The position numbers and the translations under genes are program-made. 57,743 nucleotides of DNA. It comes from Nitrospiraceae bacterium (GTDB lineage Bacteria > Nitrospirota > Nitrospiria > Nitrospirales > Nitrospiraceae). Each line of letters starts with the position of its first letter. The stretch's first letter is position 1. Shown here one piece after another: positions 1-9,542 of the stretch. The notes under the pieces were generated by a model that was not told where the DNA came from, did not search any database, and was given only the letters and a program-made list of their open reading frames with translations. The DNA is taken from assembly GCA_050246315.1 (NCBI GenBank), contig JBFWWG010000018.1:1-57743 (forward strand), in the 5' to 3' direction.

Positions 1-127
1 GGACCAATCGAACTGCTTCCGCCTTAAACTCTTCTGTGTACTGCCGTCTGGTCTTGGTGCTCATACCGTCCTCCAATTTCATCAAACTCCTCCTTATACA
101 GGTGTCTGTGAAATCGGGGGAAGGTCA
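1..127 (-). mobile_element. Left end of an IS3-family element running off the window (IRL plus start of orfA)
   Basis: Minus strand from 127 reads TGACCTTCCCCCGATTTCACAGACACC (IS3-type TG end). ATG at 64 gives MSTKTRRQYTEEFKAEAVRLV, a typical IS3 OrfA HTH start. Confidence 0.85.
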
Positions 128-416
128 TTGATGACTCAGGAACCTTTTGGAAAACGCATTCCCGCTCGACAAGCAATTTTGAGATAGGTTCTAGTGTTGC
201 GTCCAAGAAGTAAGTGGTAGTGGTATATGTCTTGCATCTTCCGAGAACATCTCGTACAAGGATGTGTCCTGATGAAGACCGGACTGTAGTGCTCCCCCGA
301 AATCAAGCCACCGATGTGAGTTATTGGGGTCGGTGTGAGGCCGACCCATCGGTCGCGTCGTGGTGCGATCGTCGTTCCTGGGACGAATACGTGCGTCATT
401 GTTGGGATGACTTCGC

Positions 417-1250
417 TCACGACGCCACTTGCGTGACCGTGCGCGTCCGAAACTGCACGGGGCTCCGATAGCCAAGGGCCTGGTGCGGCCGCTCCTGGTT
501 GTACCACTTGACCCAGCCTCGAATGATCCGACGCGCCTCCTCAAATGTCTGGAACGTGTGTTGCTAGACACACTCTTCTTTGAGGCTGCGAAAGAATCGT
601 TCAATGATCCCGTTCTGCTCCGGCGTATAGGGCGTAATGAATTCCTGTTGCAAGCGATAGTCTCGACAGGCTTGTCGAAACTGACGGCTCTGGAAGATCA
701 GGCCGTTGTCGCTGCGCAGGACCGGCGCCCCGACAGGACATAGCGTGCCAAACCGGGCCAGGCACGCGGCTTCGACTGCTCGTTCCGCCTCCTTCGCCCG
801 ACTGCGCAGCGCAAACTCGTACCCGATGATCTCCCGATCGTGGCAATCGATCACCGCCGCCAAATGCCCCCAGCCATCTTGCCCACAGGCAATAGGCGTC
901 ACATCCATGGCCCATCGTTCGTTGCTCCGGCTGGCCCGACTCACCCAGCCTCGTACGCGAGGGCGAGGCGTGGAGACTCGTTGATGCACGAACCACCCCT
1001 TCTGCTTGAGTACGCGATACACCGCTTTGCGATTCACGACCATCCCGTTCTGGCATCGCACCAGGACCCACAGCCGCCGGTATCCGAACGTCGGATGCTG
1101 TTGGATCAGCTGGCGTAGCCGCTCCGTCCATGGCGGATCCGCACCACTACGTCTCGTCCGGGTCCCTCCCGTCCGATGCAAGCTGGCACGGCCGACACCC
1201 AGCACCCGGCAACTCCGTCGCTCCGAGACACCCGACACGCCCGCTCTCAC
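417..1250 (-). pseudogene. IS3 OrfB transposase (rve/DDE) with a premature TAG
   Basis: Motifs WAMDVT, LRSDNG and PEQNGIIERFFRSLKEECV. TAG at 564-566 replaces a Trp, and the frame continues QHTFQTFEEARRIIRGWVKWYNQERPHQALGYRSP to a stop at 417. Confidence 0.85.
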
Positions 1251-1573
1251 GCGTCGGATGTCTTCCGGTCCAAAGGGTAGGGTTTCAACGCCTCCCGTAA
1301 AATGTCGTTGTCCAGGACCAGATCACCAATCTTCTGTTTCAGGTTTTTGGGCTGCTCATCCTTGAGGGCCTCTTCGTCGCGTGGCCGACTCCGTAGGGCA
1401 TTCTCGGCTCCCATCAGAAACTTCTCGCGCCAGTCCTCTACCTCTGCCACGGTCAAGCCGTGCTGGCGCGCGGCCTCGGCGGCGGAGGTCTCGCCCTTCA
1501 GGATGCTGACCACCAGCGCCATGCGCCGCTTGGCCGTCCATCGTTCAATCGGTTCTGCTGATTCTGCTGCCAT
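1247..1573 (-). CDS. IS3 OrfA (DUF1153-like HTH)
   Basis: MAAESAEPIERWTAKRRMALVVSILKGETSAAEAARQHGLTVAEVEDW. GGAGG-type RBS upstream; overlaps the orfB start. Confidence 0.8.
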   Translation of the reverse strand: MAAESAEPIERWTAKRRMALVVSILKGETSAAEAARQHGLTVAEVEDWREKFLMGAENALRSRPRDEEALKDEQPKNLKQKIGDLVLDNDILREALKPYPLDRKTSDA

Positions 1574-2416
1574 CTCCACCTCCTCGGTCCATACAGGACC
1601 ATGTCGTAGAGGTGGTCTCAATTTCAAGGGGAGCAGGATAGGACGACCGAAAGCCGCGTTGGCGTTGACGACAGACGAACGCGCGCAGTTGCACAGCCTG
1701 ACCGCCTCGCGATCGATGCCGCAAGGGATCACGGCCCGGGCGCGCATGATCCTGTTGTCGCACGAGGGGCACAGTAACGTGGCCATTGCCAACCAGTTGG
1801 GTGTGACGAAGGCAACCGTGGGCAAGTGGCGCCGGCGGTTTCTGCGGCATCGCATGGCCGGTCTGCATGACGAGCTGCGTCCGGGCCGGCCACGCTCGCG
1901 GGCTGACGAACAGATTGCCACACTGGTGCAAAAGACATTGCGCACGAAGCCGGTGGTCAGCACTCAGTGGAGTTGTCGGACGATGGAGGAGGCCACCGGA
2001 ATCTCCAAATCCACCATCCATCGCGTGTGGCAAGTGTTTGGACTCCAGCCCCATCGGCAACGCACGTTCAAGCTCTCCACGGATCTCTTCTTTGTGTAAA
2101 AGGTCCGGGACATCGTCGGCCTCTACCTCAATCCGCCCGACAAGGCGCTGGTGCTCTGTGTGGATGAAAAAACACAGGTCCAGGCTCTCAATCGCACACA
2201 ACCGGTGCTGCCGCTCGGGCTGGGCTACGTCGGAGGAAAACGGCCGACAAGGTTCTGGCCAGCGTGGCGCGATTTTGTCATCGGACTTCAGACTCAGGAC
2301 ACTAGAGACAGAAGCCATAATTATTGTTAACAATAGGTTTGTGTGACAGATTCTGTCAACTCCCTGGGGTTACGGATCGTGTGGGAGCGTATACCTGAAC
2401 GCGGAGGGAAGCTGCT

Positions 2417-2746
2417 GTGCGGCAAAATAATAGTGAAGTCATAGTTCTTGTTACAACCAAGACCGCCAACGAGGCGAAGAAGCTGGGGAAAACGGTGGTG
2501 AGCGAGCAACTGGCCGCTTGTGTCAATATCATCGGCACGTGTAAGTCTCTCTATCGGTGGAATGGGAAAGTGGAGGAAAGTGCTGAGTCACTCCTGATAA
2601 TCAAGACCACCCGTCGTCGTTATCAAGACTTGCAGAAAAGAATCAAGAGCCTCCATAGCTATACCGTTCCAGAGGTCATTGCGATATCCATCGTGCAGGG
2701 TCTTCCCGACTACCTTGCTTGGATCAGAAAATCGGTTCATAAGTAG
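2417..2746 (+). CDS. cutA: Divalent-cation tolerance protein CutA
   Basis: LAACVNI...SLYRWNGKVEE...LLIIKT...HSYTVPEVI motifs. Confidence 0.92.
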   Translation: MRQNNSEVIVLVTTKTANEAKKLGKTVVSEQLAACVNIIGTCKSLYRWNGKVEESAESLLIIKTTRRRYQDLQKRIKSLHSYTVPEVIAISIVQGLPDYLAWIRKSVHK

Positions 2747-2782
2747 CCGGTTTTAAAGACGAAAAAATCGTAAAATTTTACA

Positions 2783-2811
2783 TTGACCGGTTGAACTTGG
2801 TTAGCTAGACT
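2783..2811 (+). promoter_or_regulatory. Putative sigma70 promoter for the M23 gene
   Basis: TTGACC-N17-TAGACT with an A/T-rich tract upstream. Confidence 0.55.
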
Positions 2812-2859
2812 CGACAAAGGATGTGAAGAGTTCCCAGGGAAGCAATTAGGGTTTGACTT

Positions 2860-3888
2860 ATGGCGTACACCAACGATCAGAGCGACTCTTACACGGTAGT
2901 CATTTTTCGAGGATCAACCGCGAAGCCGCTGCGGTTTAATTTCCCGAAGAAATTCGTCCAGAAGGCCTTGATTGTCGGGCTGATCCTCCTAGTGGCAGAT
3001 CTGCTTGTTATCTCCCACTATATCGTTAGGACCGGAGAGGTCTGGGAACTTGCGGCATTCCGGTCGGAGGCACTGAGTGCTCGGGCCCAAACCTCGGCGT
3101 TCTCCACGGCCGTGGACGATCTAAAGCGTCGATTGACGGCGATGAGGGAAATCAATCAAAGGCTTCGTGTGATGTTGGGTATTGAAGAAGTGAAGCCAGG
3201 CGATCTGCTAAATGGTCAGGGCGGCGATGCCGAACCCACGAGTGAATCTACCGATGGGGAGGTGGAGGATCCTAATCTGGCGCTGGGAGGGAGGGTGTTC
3301 CCGAATCCTGCGCTGGATAATGGAGAATTGGAATCTGATGCGGCTCGGGTTTCCTCAATACCTGAAGATACTCCGCAAGTGCTGTTGGTAAGTCGCGTAA
3401 AGGAAGAGATTGAGCGGCTTGCCACAGAGGCAACCGTTCAAGAAAAGACGCTACAAGAACTATCACAGGCGGCGGAGCAGCGATCTTCTCGCTGGGCCTC
3501 AACTCCTTCCATCTGGCCGGTCCGTGGATGGGTCACCTCTGGGTTTGGTCCTCGAATCTCTCCGTTCACCGAGAAACCTGGATGGCACGACGGGCTTGAC
3601 ATCGGCGCAGCCCCCAATGCTCCTATACAGGCTCCGGCCGCCGGTCGTGTCACGATGACTGGGCATGATGGGAAAATGGGAAATTTGGTTCGCCTTGACC
3701 ATGGGTATGGGGTCGAAACGGTCTACGGGCATCTGGCAAAATCCTTAGTTAAGGAAGGTCAACGTGTGAAGCGAGGGGATGTGATCGCGCTCGTTGGCAG
3801 TACGGGGTTATCAACGGGGCCTCATTTGCATTACATGGTAAAGGTTAACGGTCAGGCGATTGACCCTAACAAGTATATTCTGGATTAG
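2860..3888 (+). CDS. M23 family metallopeptidase with N-terminal TM and coiled coil
   Basis: HDGLD and STGPHLHY zinc motifs, TPSIWPVRGWVTSGFG. Confidence 0.92.
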   Translation: MAYTNDQSDSYTVVIFRGSTAKPLRFNFPKKFVQKALIVGLILLVADLLVISHYIVRTGEVWELAAFRSEALSARAQTSAFSTAVDDLKRRLTAMREINQRLRVMLGIEEVKPGDLLNGQGGDAEPTSESTDGEVEDPNLALGGRVFPNPALDNGELESDAARVSSIPEDTPQVLLVSRVKEEIERLATEATVQEKTLQELSQAAEQRSSRWASTPSIWPVRGWVTSGFGPRISPFTEKPGWHDGLDIGAAPNAPIQAPAAGRVTMTGHDGKMGNLVRLDHGYGVETVYGHLAKSLVKEGQRVKRGDVIALVGSTGLSTGPHLHYMVKVNGQAIDPNKYILD

Positions 3889-4116
3889 GCCACTCTCTCC
3901 TCTGGTTCCCTTCTCCTACTGACAGTGTAGAAGCTCCTTCAACACTTCTCCTGGGTGAACGTATTCTGACCCTTCGCTCGCATAGGATGCGTGCGCGACA
4001 AGGAGTTCATGTCATCATGCTCCCTCTGTTGTGGCTGGATCCGGCTCACAGAAATCCTTGGTGCATTTCTCAGATGCAGTTCTTACAATCCCGTGGCTCA
4101 TTCGTCCGGCGAGGAG

Positions 4117-5790
4117 ATGGCAATGTCTCGTATCCTAAGAGAGATTTCTGAAGTTGCCCATGATCTGGGGCTCCACCAGGGAGATTGGATTCCATATGGA
4201 ATGGGGAAGGCCAAAGTTCGCTTAGAGATTTTGCAGCGACGGCCGCGTTACTCTGCTGCTCGATATATCCTGGTGACAGCGATCAATCCGACTCCGTTGG
4301 GCGAAGGAAAGACCACAACGGCGATCGGATTGGCTATGGGGCTTTGTGGCATGGGTCGACGAGCCGTGGTGACGCTTCGCCAACCGTCGCTGGGGCCGGT
4401 TTTTGGGATAAAGGGAGGCGGTACCGGAGGAGGGAAGGCTCAGCTCGAACCCATGAATGATATCAATCTCCATTTGACCGGCGATGCATACGCGGTCGCT
4501 GCAAGCCACAATCTCCTCGCTGCTTTCGTCGACAATCATCTCTTCCATGGCAATGAACTGTCAATTCGCCCCGCCTCAATAACCTGGCCAAGGGCGATGG
4601 CGATCAGCGATCGTGCTCTTCGACGGATCGCACTTTGTGGGCAAGAACAGGCTGCGGGGAGAGAGGTGCAGTTCGTCATTACGGAAGCGTCCGAGGTCAT
4701 GGCGATCTTGGCGCTTGCCCGTGATCGATCGAACCTTCATCAACGGCTGGGCCGCATCCTGGTTGGAATGACGACCCACGGGAAGCCCGTATTTGCCGAG
4801 GACCTGCGCTGTGACGGTGCCATGGAAGCGCTTCTACAAGAGGCGATTCTCCCGAACCTTGTCCAAACCTCGGAAGGAACTCCCGCGCTGGTCCATACCG
4901 GACCGTTCGGCAACATCGCACACGGAAACTGCTCGGTGCTGGCTGATGAAATCGCATTGCGCTGTGCAGATTATGTGGTGACCGAAGCAGGATTCGGAAG
5001 CGAGTTAGGCGCAGAAAAATTCTTCAATATCAAATGCAGGGTCTCCGGGCTTGCCCCCAACCTAGCGGTGATGGTCGTGACCCTGCGGGCACTGAAGCTG
5101 CATGGAGGCGGAGGCCCAGTGAAGCCCGGTCGTCCGTTGCCGTCGAGTCTCACGGGTCCTAATCACCATGCTCTGGAAAGAGGTTTGGCCAACCTCGCTC
5201 AACACATCGCCAACGTGCGTGTGTACGGGGTTCCCGTTGTGGTGGCGGTGAACGCCTTCGCGGAAGATCCGGAAGACGAATTGGAGTGGGTAAGAGCGCG
5301 TGCACTCGATCTGGGCGCGGCCGGAGCGTGTGTGTCGACCCACTTCCAGGAAGGTGGGAAAGGCGCGTCGGAGCTCGCCCGGACCGTTATCGAGGCCGCT
5401 GATGAACCAGTCCACTATACACCGCTCTATAAGGAAACCGATTCCATCAAGGACAAGATTGAAACCATTGCGAAGCGTATGTATGGAGCAGGCCTGGTTG
5501 CCTACGATGCGCAGGCGGAGCGGGACATTGAGCGCGCGATGCAGTTGGGATTTGGCCATATGCCCATCTGCATGGCCAAAACGCCGCTTTCACTGTCCCA
5601 CGATCCCATACTGAAGGGTCGACCCACCGGATTTACGATTCCGATTAGAGAGGTGCGTATTCTCTCCGGCGCCGGCTTCTTGACCGCGGTCTGTTCAGGG
5701 ATGCAACTCATGCCCGGGTTGCCGAAGGTGCCGGCTGGCGAGGGGATCAGTCTCGATCGCGAAACGGGCGAGATTCGGGGGGTGAAATGA
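4117..5790 (+). CDS. fhs: Formate--tetrahydrofolate ligase
   Basis: TAINPTPLGEGKTT, GIKGGGTGGG, GPFGNIAHG and CMAKT motifs. Start placed after GAGGAG; ATG 4123 is an alternative. Confidence 0.95.
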   Translation: MAMSRILREISEVAHDLGLHQGDWIPYGMGKAKVRLEILQRRPRYSAARYILVTAINPTPLGEGKTTTAIGLAMGLCGMGRRAVVTLRQPSLGPVFGIKGGGTGGGKAQLEPMNDINLHLTGDAYAVAASHNLLAAFVDNHLFHGNELSIRPASITWPRAMAISDRALRRIALCGQEQAAGREVQFVITEASEVMAILALARDRSNLHQRLGRILVGMTTHGKPVFAEDLRCDGAMEALLQEAILPNLVQTSEGTPALVHTGPFGNIAHGNCSVLADEIALRCADYVVTEAGFGSELGAEKFFNIKCRVSGLAPNLAVMVVTLRALKLHGGGGPVKPGRPLPSSLTGPNHHALERGLANLAQHIANVRVYGVPVVVAVNAFAEDPEDELEWVRARALDLGAAGACVSTHFQEGGKGASELARTVIEAADEPVHYTPLYKETDSIKDKIETIAKRMYGAGLVAYDAQAERDIERAMQLGFGHMPICMAKTPLSLSHDPILKGRPTGFTIPIREVRILSGAGFLTAVCSGMQLMPGLPKVPAGEGISLDRETGEIRGVK

Positions 5791-5795
5791 TTGTA

Positions 5796-6650
5796 TCAGG
5801 GTTGCCGGAATAGCCGAAGGAATTCAGAGTCAGGACTGAGGACGACGGACGTGTCCTTAGCGAGGCTCTTCTTGTACGCTTCCATGTACCGGGTCAGTTC
5901 AAAAAATTTCGGGTCTTGCCGATACGCGTTGGCATAGATGCGAAAGGCTTCAGCATCACCACCGCCTCGCAGCTGTTCGGCTGCTTTGTACGCCTCCGCC
6001 AGGATGATTTCTCGGTCGCGTTCAGCTTCGGAGCGTATTTTCTGGGCTTCTTCATCACCCTCTGCACGGTATTGCTTGGCCTGTCGTTCGCGTTCGGCCT
6101 GCATGCGCGCAAAGACATTCTTCTCGTTCTGCTCCGGAAGGTCCGCACGCTTGATCCGCACATCGTCGATCGCAATGCCATAGGCCGATGCCTTTTCATT
6201 GGCGCGCTCGGTGACGACGTGCATGATATCAGACCGGGTCTGGGAGACAATCTCTGATAGGTCGTGCCGGCCGACTTCAACCCGTAGTTCCGAGTAAATG
6301 ATATCATCCAGGCGTCGAAGCGCACCGGCCTGAGACTGGAAGGCCTGATACACCTTGAGAGGGTCGGTAATCCTCCATTTAGCGAAGTTGTCGATCACTA
6401 GGGTTTTCTTGTCTTGAGTAATCACGTCTTGCGGAGCCGAGTCGTAATCGAGAAGCCGCTTGTCGAAATACGTGACGTCCTGGATGAACGGAGTCTTGAC
6501 ATAGAGACCGGGCGTTGTGACGGTTCGGACCGGCTTGCCCAATTCCACGACAATGGCACTTTGAGTCACATCCACCACGTACAGCGGCGAAGCGCCGAAG
6601 AGAAACAACAGAACCAGGACTGCGAGCATCCCCACGATCAGGTTTTTCAT
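5796..6650 (-). CDS. hflC: Protease modulator HflC
   Basis: SPFH domain; DVRIKRADLP, RMQAERER, DPKFFE; downstream of hflK. Confidence 0.93.
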   Translation of the reverse strand: MKNLIVGMLAVLVLLFLFGASPLYVVDVTQSAIVVELGKPVRTVTTPGLYVKTPFIQDVTYFDKRLLDYDSAPQDVITQDKKTLVIDNFAKWRITDPLKVYQAFQSQAGALRRLDDIIYSELRVEVGRHDLSEIVSQTRSDIMHVVTERANEKASAYGIAIDDVRIKRADLPEQNEKNVFARMQAERERQAKQYRAEGDEEAQKIRSEAERDREIILAEAYKAAEQLRGGGDAEAFRIYANAYRQDPKFFELTRYMEAYKKSLAKDTSVVLSPDSEFLRLFRQP

Positions 6651-6652
6651 CG

Positions 6653-7702
6653 TCAGGGACCTCCCCGTTCGGCCGCGGCTTCCGAGCCGGTTGGACGGGC
6701 CCGCTTTTGGAGGCGATCAAGCGGCAAATAGGGCAGCACTCGGTCGCCGGCCTTGCTATCCAAGATAATCTTGTCCACACCGGACAGCACCTGTTCCATC
6801 GACTCGATGTAAATGCGCTTTGCAATGACGTCCTTCGCCTGTTGGTATTCTTTCAATGTCTTCACGAAACGAGCCGCCTCACCCTCTGCACGGGCGACTC
6901 TCGCCTGAGCTTGCCCGTTGGCTTCGTTGACCACCTGAGCCGCCTGTCCCTTTGCGCGCGGAATAATGTCGTTGCGATAGCCTTGCGCCTGGTTGATCAA
7001 TCGCTCGCGGTCCTCCTTCGCGCTGGCGACATCCTTGAAGGCGGCCACCACAGCTTCCGGAGGATCGACGTCTTGGAGTTGCACGGCCGCAATATGCACG
7101 CCGGCATGGTAGCGATCGAGAATGCTCTGCAACAGTTGCTGTGTGTCCTGTTGAATCTGGGCCTTGCCGGTCGTCAGAGCATCATCGATCTTGGTCTTGC
7201 CCAACACCTCACGCATGGAAGCCTCCGCCGCTTCGGCCACCGTGTCCTCTACGTCATCGACCTCGAAGAGGTATTGCCGCGCCTCCTTGATCTTGTATTG
7301 GACGATGAATTCCACCGCAATAATGTTTTCGTCGCCGGTTAACATCAACGCCTCGCGGGGAATCATCACGGACTGTCCGCGAGCATCCTTCCGAAAGCCC
7401 ACCTCAAACCGGTGCAGCTTGGCGACCTTGGGATGCAGGACCGACTCGATGAACGGCAACTTCAAATGAGGACCGGGGCCAACCGTGCGGACGACGTCTC
7501 CGAAGCGTTTGACGACTCCCTCTTCATCCGGCGCAACAATGAAGGCGCTTTGGAAGGCGAGAATGACGACCAGGATGACGAGCCCAATTGCACGCGCCCC
7601 GCGCCGGGGCATCATCTCCCGGAACTGGGCCGAAGCTTTGCGCAGGGCCTCGTCCATGCCCGGGTCATTTCGGCTCCAAGGATCTTTGGGATTCCAGACC
7701 AT
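6653..7702 (-). CDS. hflK: FtsH protease modulator HflK
   Basis: MVWNPKDPW, MLTGDENI, VQLQDVDPP, IPRAKGQA motifs. Confidence 0.93.
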   Translation of the reverse strand: MVWNPKDPWSRNDPGMDEALRKASAQFREMMPRRGARAIGLVILVVILAFQSAFIVAPDEEGVVKRFGDVVRTVGPGPHLKLPFIESVLHPKVAKLHRFEVGFRKDARGQSVMIPREALMLTGDENIIAVEFIVQYKIKEARQYLFEVDDVEDTVAEAAEASMREVLGKTKIDDALTTGKAQIQQDTQQLLQSILDRYHAGVHIAAVQLQDVDPPEAVVAAFKDVASAKEDRERLINQAQGYRNDIIPRAKGQAAQVVNEANGQAQARVARAEGEAARFVKTLKEYQQAKDVIAKRIYIESMEQVLSGVDKIILDSKAGDRVLPYLPLDRLQKRARPTGSEAAAERGGP

Positions 7703-8160
7703 TCAGCAGATTCGTGTAAGGAAGGAGGACAGACCACGTAATCTGCTCACATTAGCAGGTTGAGACGGGTAGGGCAAGGCATCACGGGCGAAGATGGAAG
7801 ATGATTGATAGCAGACTCCCCTTCCTCTCCGATGGCGAGAGTGAATTGAATCGCCACTCAAGTTGTCTCCTAGCCTGCCTTGTTTATCATGATTCATCGC
7901 GAGGAGACGCAGTCGCCGGGCGACCACGCCGTCCGTCAGGCTCCGTCGCGGCGATAAACTGCCCATTTTATTTATAGCAGAAGGGTTCATGAAAAGGGCA
8001 GGCTCGATCGCAAGCAGGAAGCGGATGAGATACGACGGTTGACGGCGTCGAAGTAGGCTGGCGATGAGGAGACTACGAAGGCGCTCAACCGGCGCATCGC
8101 GGACCAGATGAAGGCCCCGCCGGCGAATCTAACGAGGACGCAATCAGTAAGGGTCTCGGA

Positions 8161-8480
8161 GACCTGGTGAGTGGCGGAGCTGGGAAGGCCGGTGCGTGAG
8201 GCGAACAGCACCCAGGTCATCGCGTCGAGCAACACAGTCGGGGCAGCGGTCGGCTGAACCATCTCGCGCGGTCGAACGAGACCGTGACTGAACGTGCGGA
8301 CCATGGCGGTTGCGAGAAATGCCGAGGCGCCGGCGATGGCCCAGTCTGTTCCCTATAGGATCGCGGTCCGATAATTCGTGACGCCGCTGACGACCTGCGT
8401 GGCATTGACTCTTGACACGCCATCGGTCCTGTCGGCGAAGGCGAGCGCCAGGACAAGGAGAAGTGCGAAAACCGAGATGT
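8161..8480 (-). pseudogene. Truncated PiT-family inorganic phosphate transporter remnant
   Basis: One frame reads LLLVLALAFADRTDGVSRVNATQVVSGVTNYRTAIL*GTDWAIAGASAFLATAMVRTFSHG...WVLFASRTGLPSSATH. This is a decayed GxND...GLPVSTTH PiT signature with an in-frame TAG at 8353-8355. Boundaries approximate. Confidence 0.7.
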
Positions 8481-8489
8481 CCCTGCGGC

Positions 8490-9539
8490 TTAGCCCGTCA
8501 CGGCGCCACCGCATGATGAGCCGGAACCGGCCGTGCATCCGTAACAATGGTTGCGTGTGACAATTCGCCGGCGATGGAGTTGAGAAGGATCAAAGTCGCG
8601 GATGTGACGGGGAATGCCGTCGTCCAACGGCAGCTCCAGCATCTGGTTGAAATCGCAATCGTAGAGGATGCCGTCCCAGCCGACCGAGAGCGTATAGCGA
8701 CACATGACGCCTGCTGCCGCCGCCGGGTTGAATGAATTGGCAAGCCGTTCCATATATCCTTCGTAATTGCCGCTCTCCAGCAAGAACTCCAAAAACCGGC
8801 TGATCGGCATGTTGGTGATTGTGTAGAGGTGGGTGAAGGTCACTCCGTAACGCCCAGCCAGCTCTTTTCTGAACTGGGCTTCAATCGCCTCTTGTCTCGG
8901 CGGCAGAAAGGCTCCGACGGGATTGTAGACCAGGTTGAGGAGCAGCCCGCTTCCATCACGGCCGTAGCCCAGCTCATTCAGCAACCGGAGGCCTTGAATC
9001 GATTTGTCGAACACGCCCTCGCCGCGTTGCGCATCCGTCTGGCCGACTCGGTAATAGGGAAGCGACGCGACCACCTCCACGCGATGGCGGGCGAGAAACG
9101 AGCCGAGATCCGCTTGCGAGGGCAGTAGCAGGACCGTCAGATTGCAACGATCCATTACGTGCCGGCCGAATGAACGGGCTTGCTCAACCAGCCAGCGAAA
9201 ATTCGGATTCAACTCAGGCGCCCCACCCGTGATATCGACGATTGGGATCTCGGTCTTTGCCAAGGCCGCCATGCACTGTTCCGCCGTCTCTCGGGACATC
9301 GACTCCCTCCGGTCGGGGCCGGCGTCGACGTGACAGTGACGACAGGTCTGGTTACAGAGCTTGCCGACGTTGATTTGAAAAACCGTAATGCCCGTGGCGT
9401 GCAAGGGGTACAAACCCGCTCGTTCAAGCTGTGCGTCAAAGGCTGAGCAAGCGGTCGTCTGAGCCAACATCTGGAGCTGCCGGCCTGTGGACGCCAAGGG
9501 GCTGGAACGGGCCACTAAGGTTGAGGCGATAGGGGACAT
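8490..9539 (-). CDS. arsS: Arsenosugar biosynthesis radical SAM protein ArsS (DUF3641)
   Basis: CNQTCRHCHVDAGP (CxxxCxxC), YDCDFNQML, HCYGCTAGSGSSCGG; adjacent to an ArsM-like gene. Confidence 0.88.
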   Translation of the reverse strand: MSPIASTLVARSSPLASTGRQLQMLAQTTACSAFDAQLERAGLYPLHATGITVFQINVGKLCNQTCRHCHVDAGPDRRESMSRETAEQCMAALAKTEIPIVDITGGAPELNPNFRWLVEQARSFGRHVMDRCNLTVLLLPSQADLGSFLARHRVEVVASLPYYRVGQTDAQRGEGVFDKSIQGLRLLNELGYGRDGSGLLLNLVYNPVGAFLPPRQEAIEAQFRKELAGRYGVTFTHLYTITNMPISRFLEFLLESGNYEGYMERLANSFNPAAAAGVMCRYTLSVGWDGILYDCDFNQMLELPLDDGIPRHIRDFDPSQLHRRRIVTRNHCYGCTAGSGSSCGGAVTG

Positions 9540-9542
9540 GGC

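Larger units (their letters stand above)
285..1640 (-). mobile_element. IS3-family element with imperfect terminal IRs and a 4-bp target duplication GGAC
   Basis: IR 285-312 TGTAGTGCTCCCCCGAAATCAAGCCACC versus reverse complement of 1611-1640 TATCCTGCTCCCCTTGAAATTGAGACCACC. GGAC at 281-284 and 1641-1644. Confidence 0.88.
191..2305 (+). mobile_element. Degenerate IS630-family element, interrupted by an IS3 element
   Basis: Ends are CTAGTGTTGCGTCC... (191) and ...CTCAGGACACTAG (2305). Transposase pieces at 272-284 and 1641-2305. Confidence 0.85.
272..2305 (+). pseudogene. IS630 transposase pseudogene (split, nonsense stop, internal deletion)
   Basis: ATG AAG ACC GGA C (272-284) rejoins 1645 to give MKTGRPKAALALTTDERAQL...WSCRTM...FKLSTD. 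In-frame TAA at 2097-2099, then [26 protein letters not shown]. The sequence then jumps directly to the C-terminal [22 protein letters not shown]. Confidence 0.85.

Noticed and set aside
564..8355. Amber read-through or recoding suggested by two Trp-to-TAG stops (IS3 orfB 564-566, PiT 8353-8355)
   Set aside because: TAG is the ordinary stop of intact genes here (cutA, M23, mdtC), and both affected loci show other decay.
8490..8530. Selenocysteine in ArsS
   Set aside because: The C-terminal GSSCGG has a normal Cys codon and there is no in-frame TGA.
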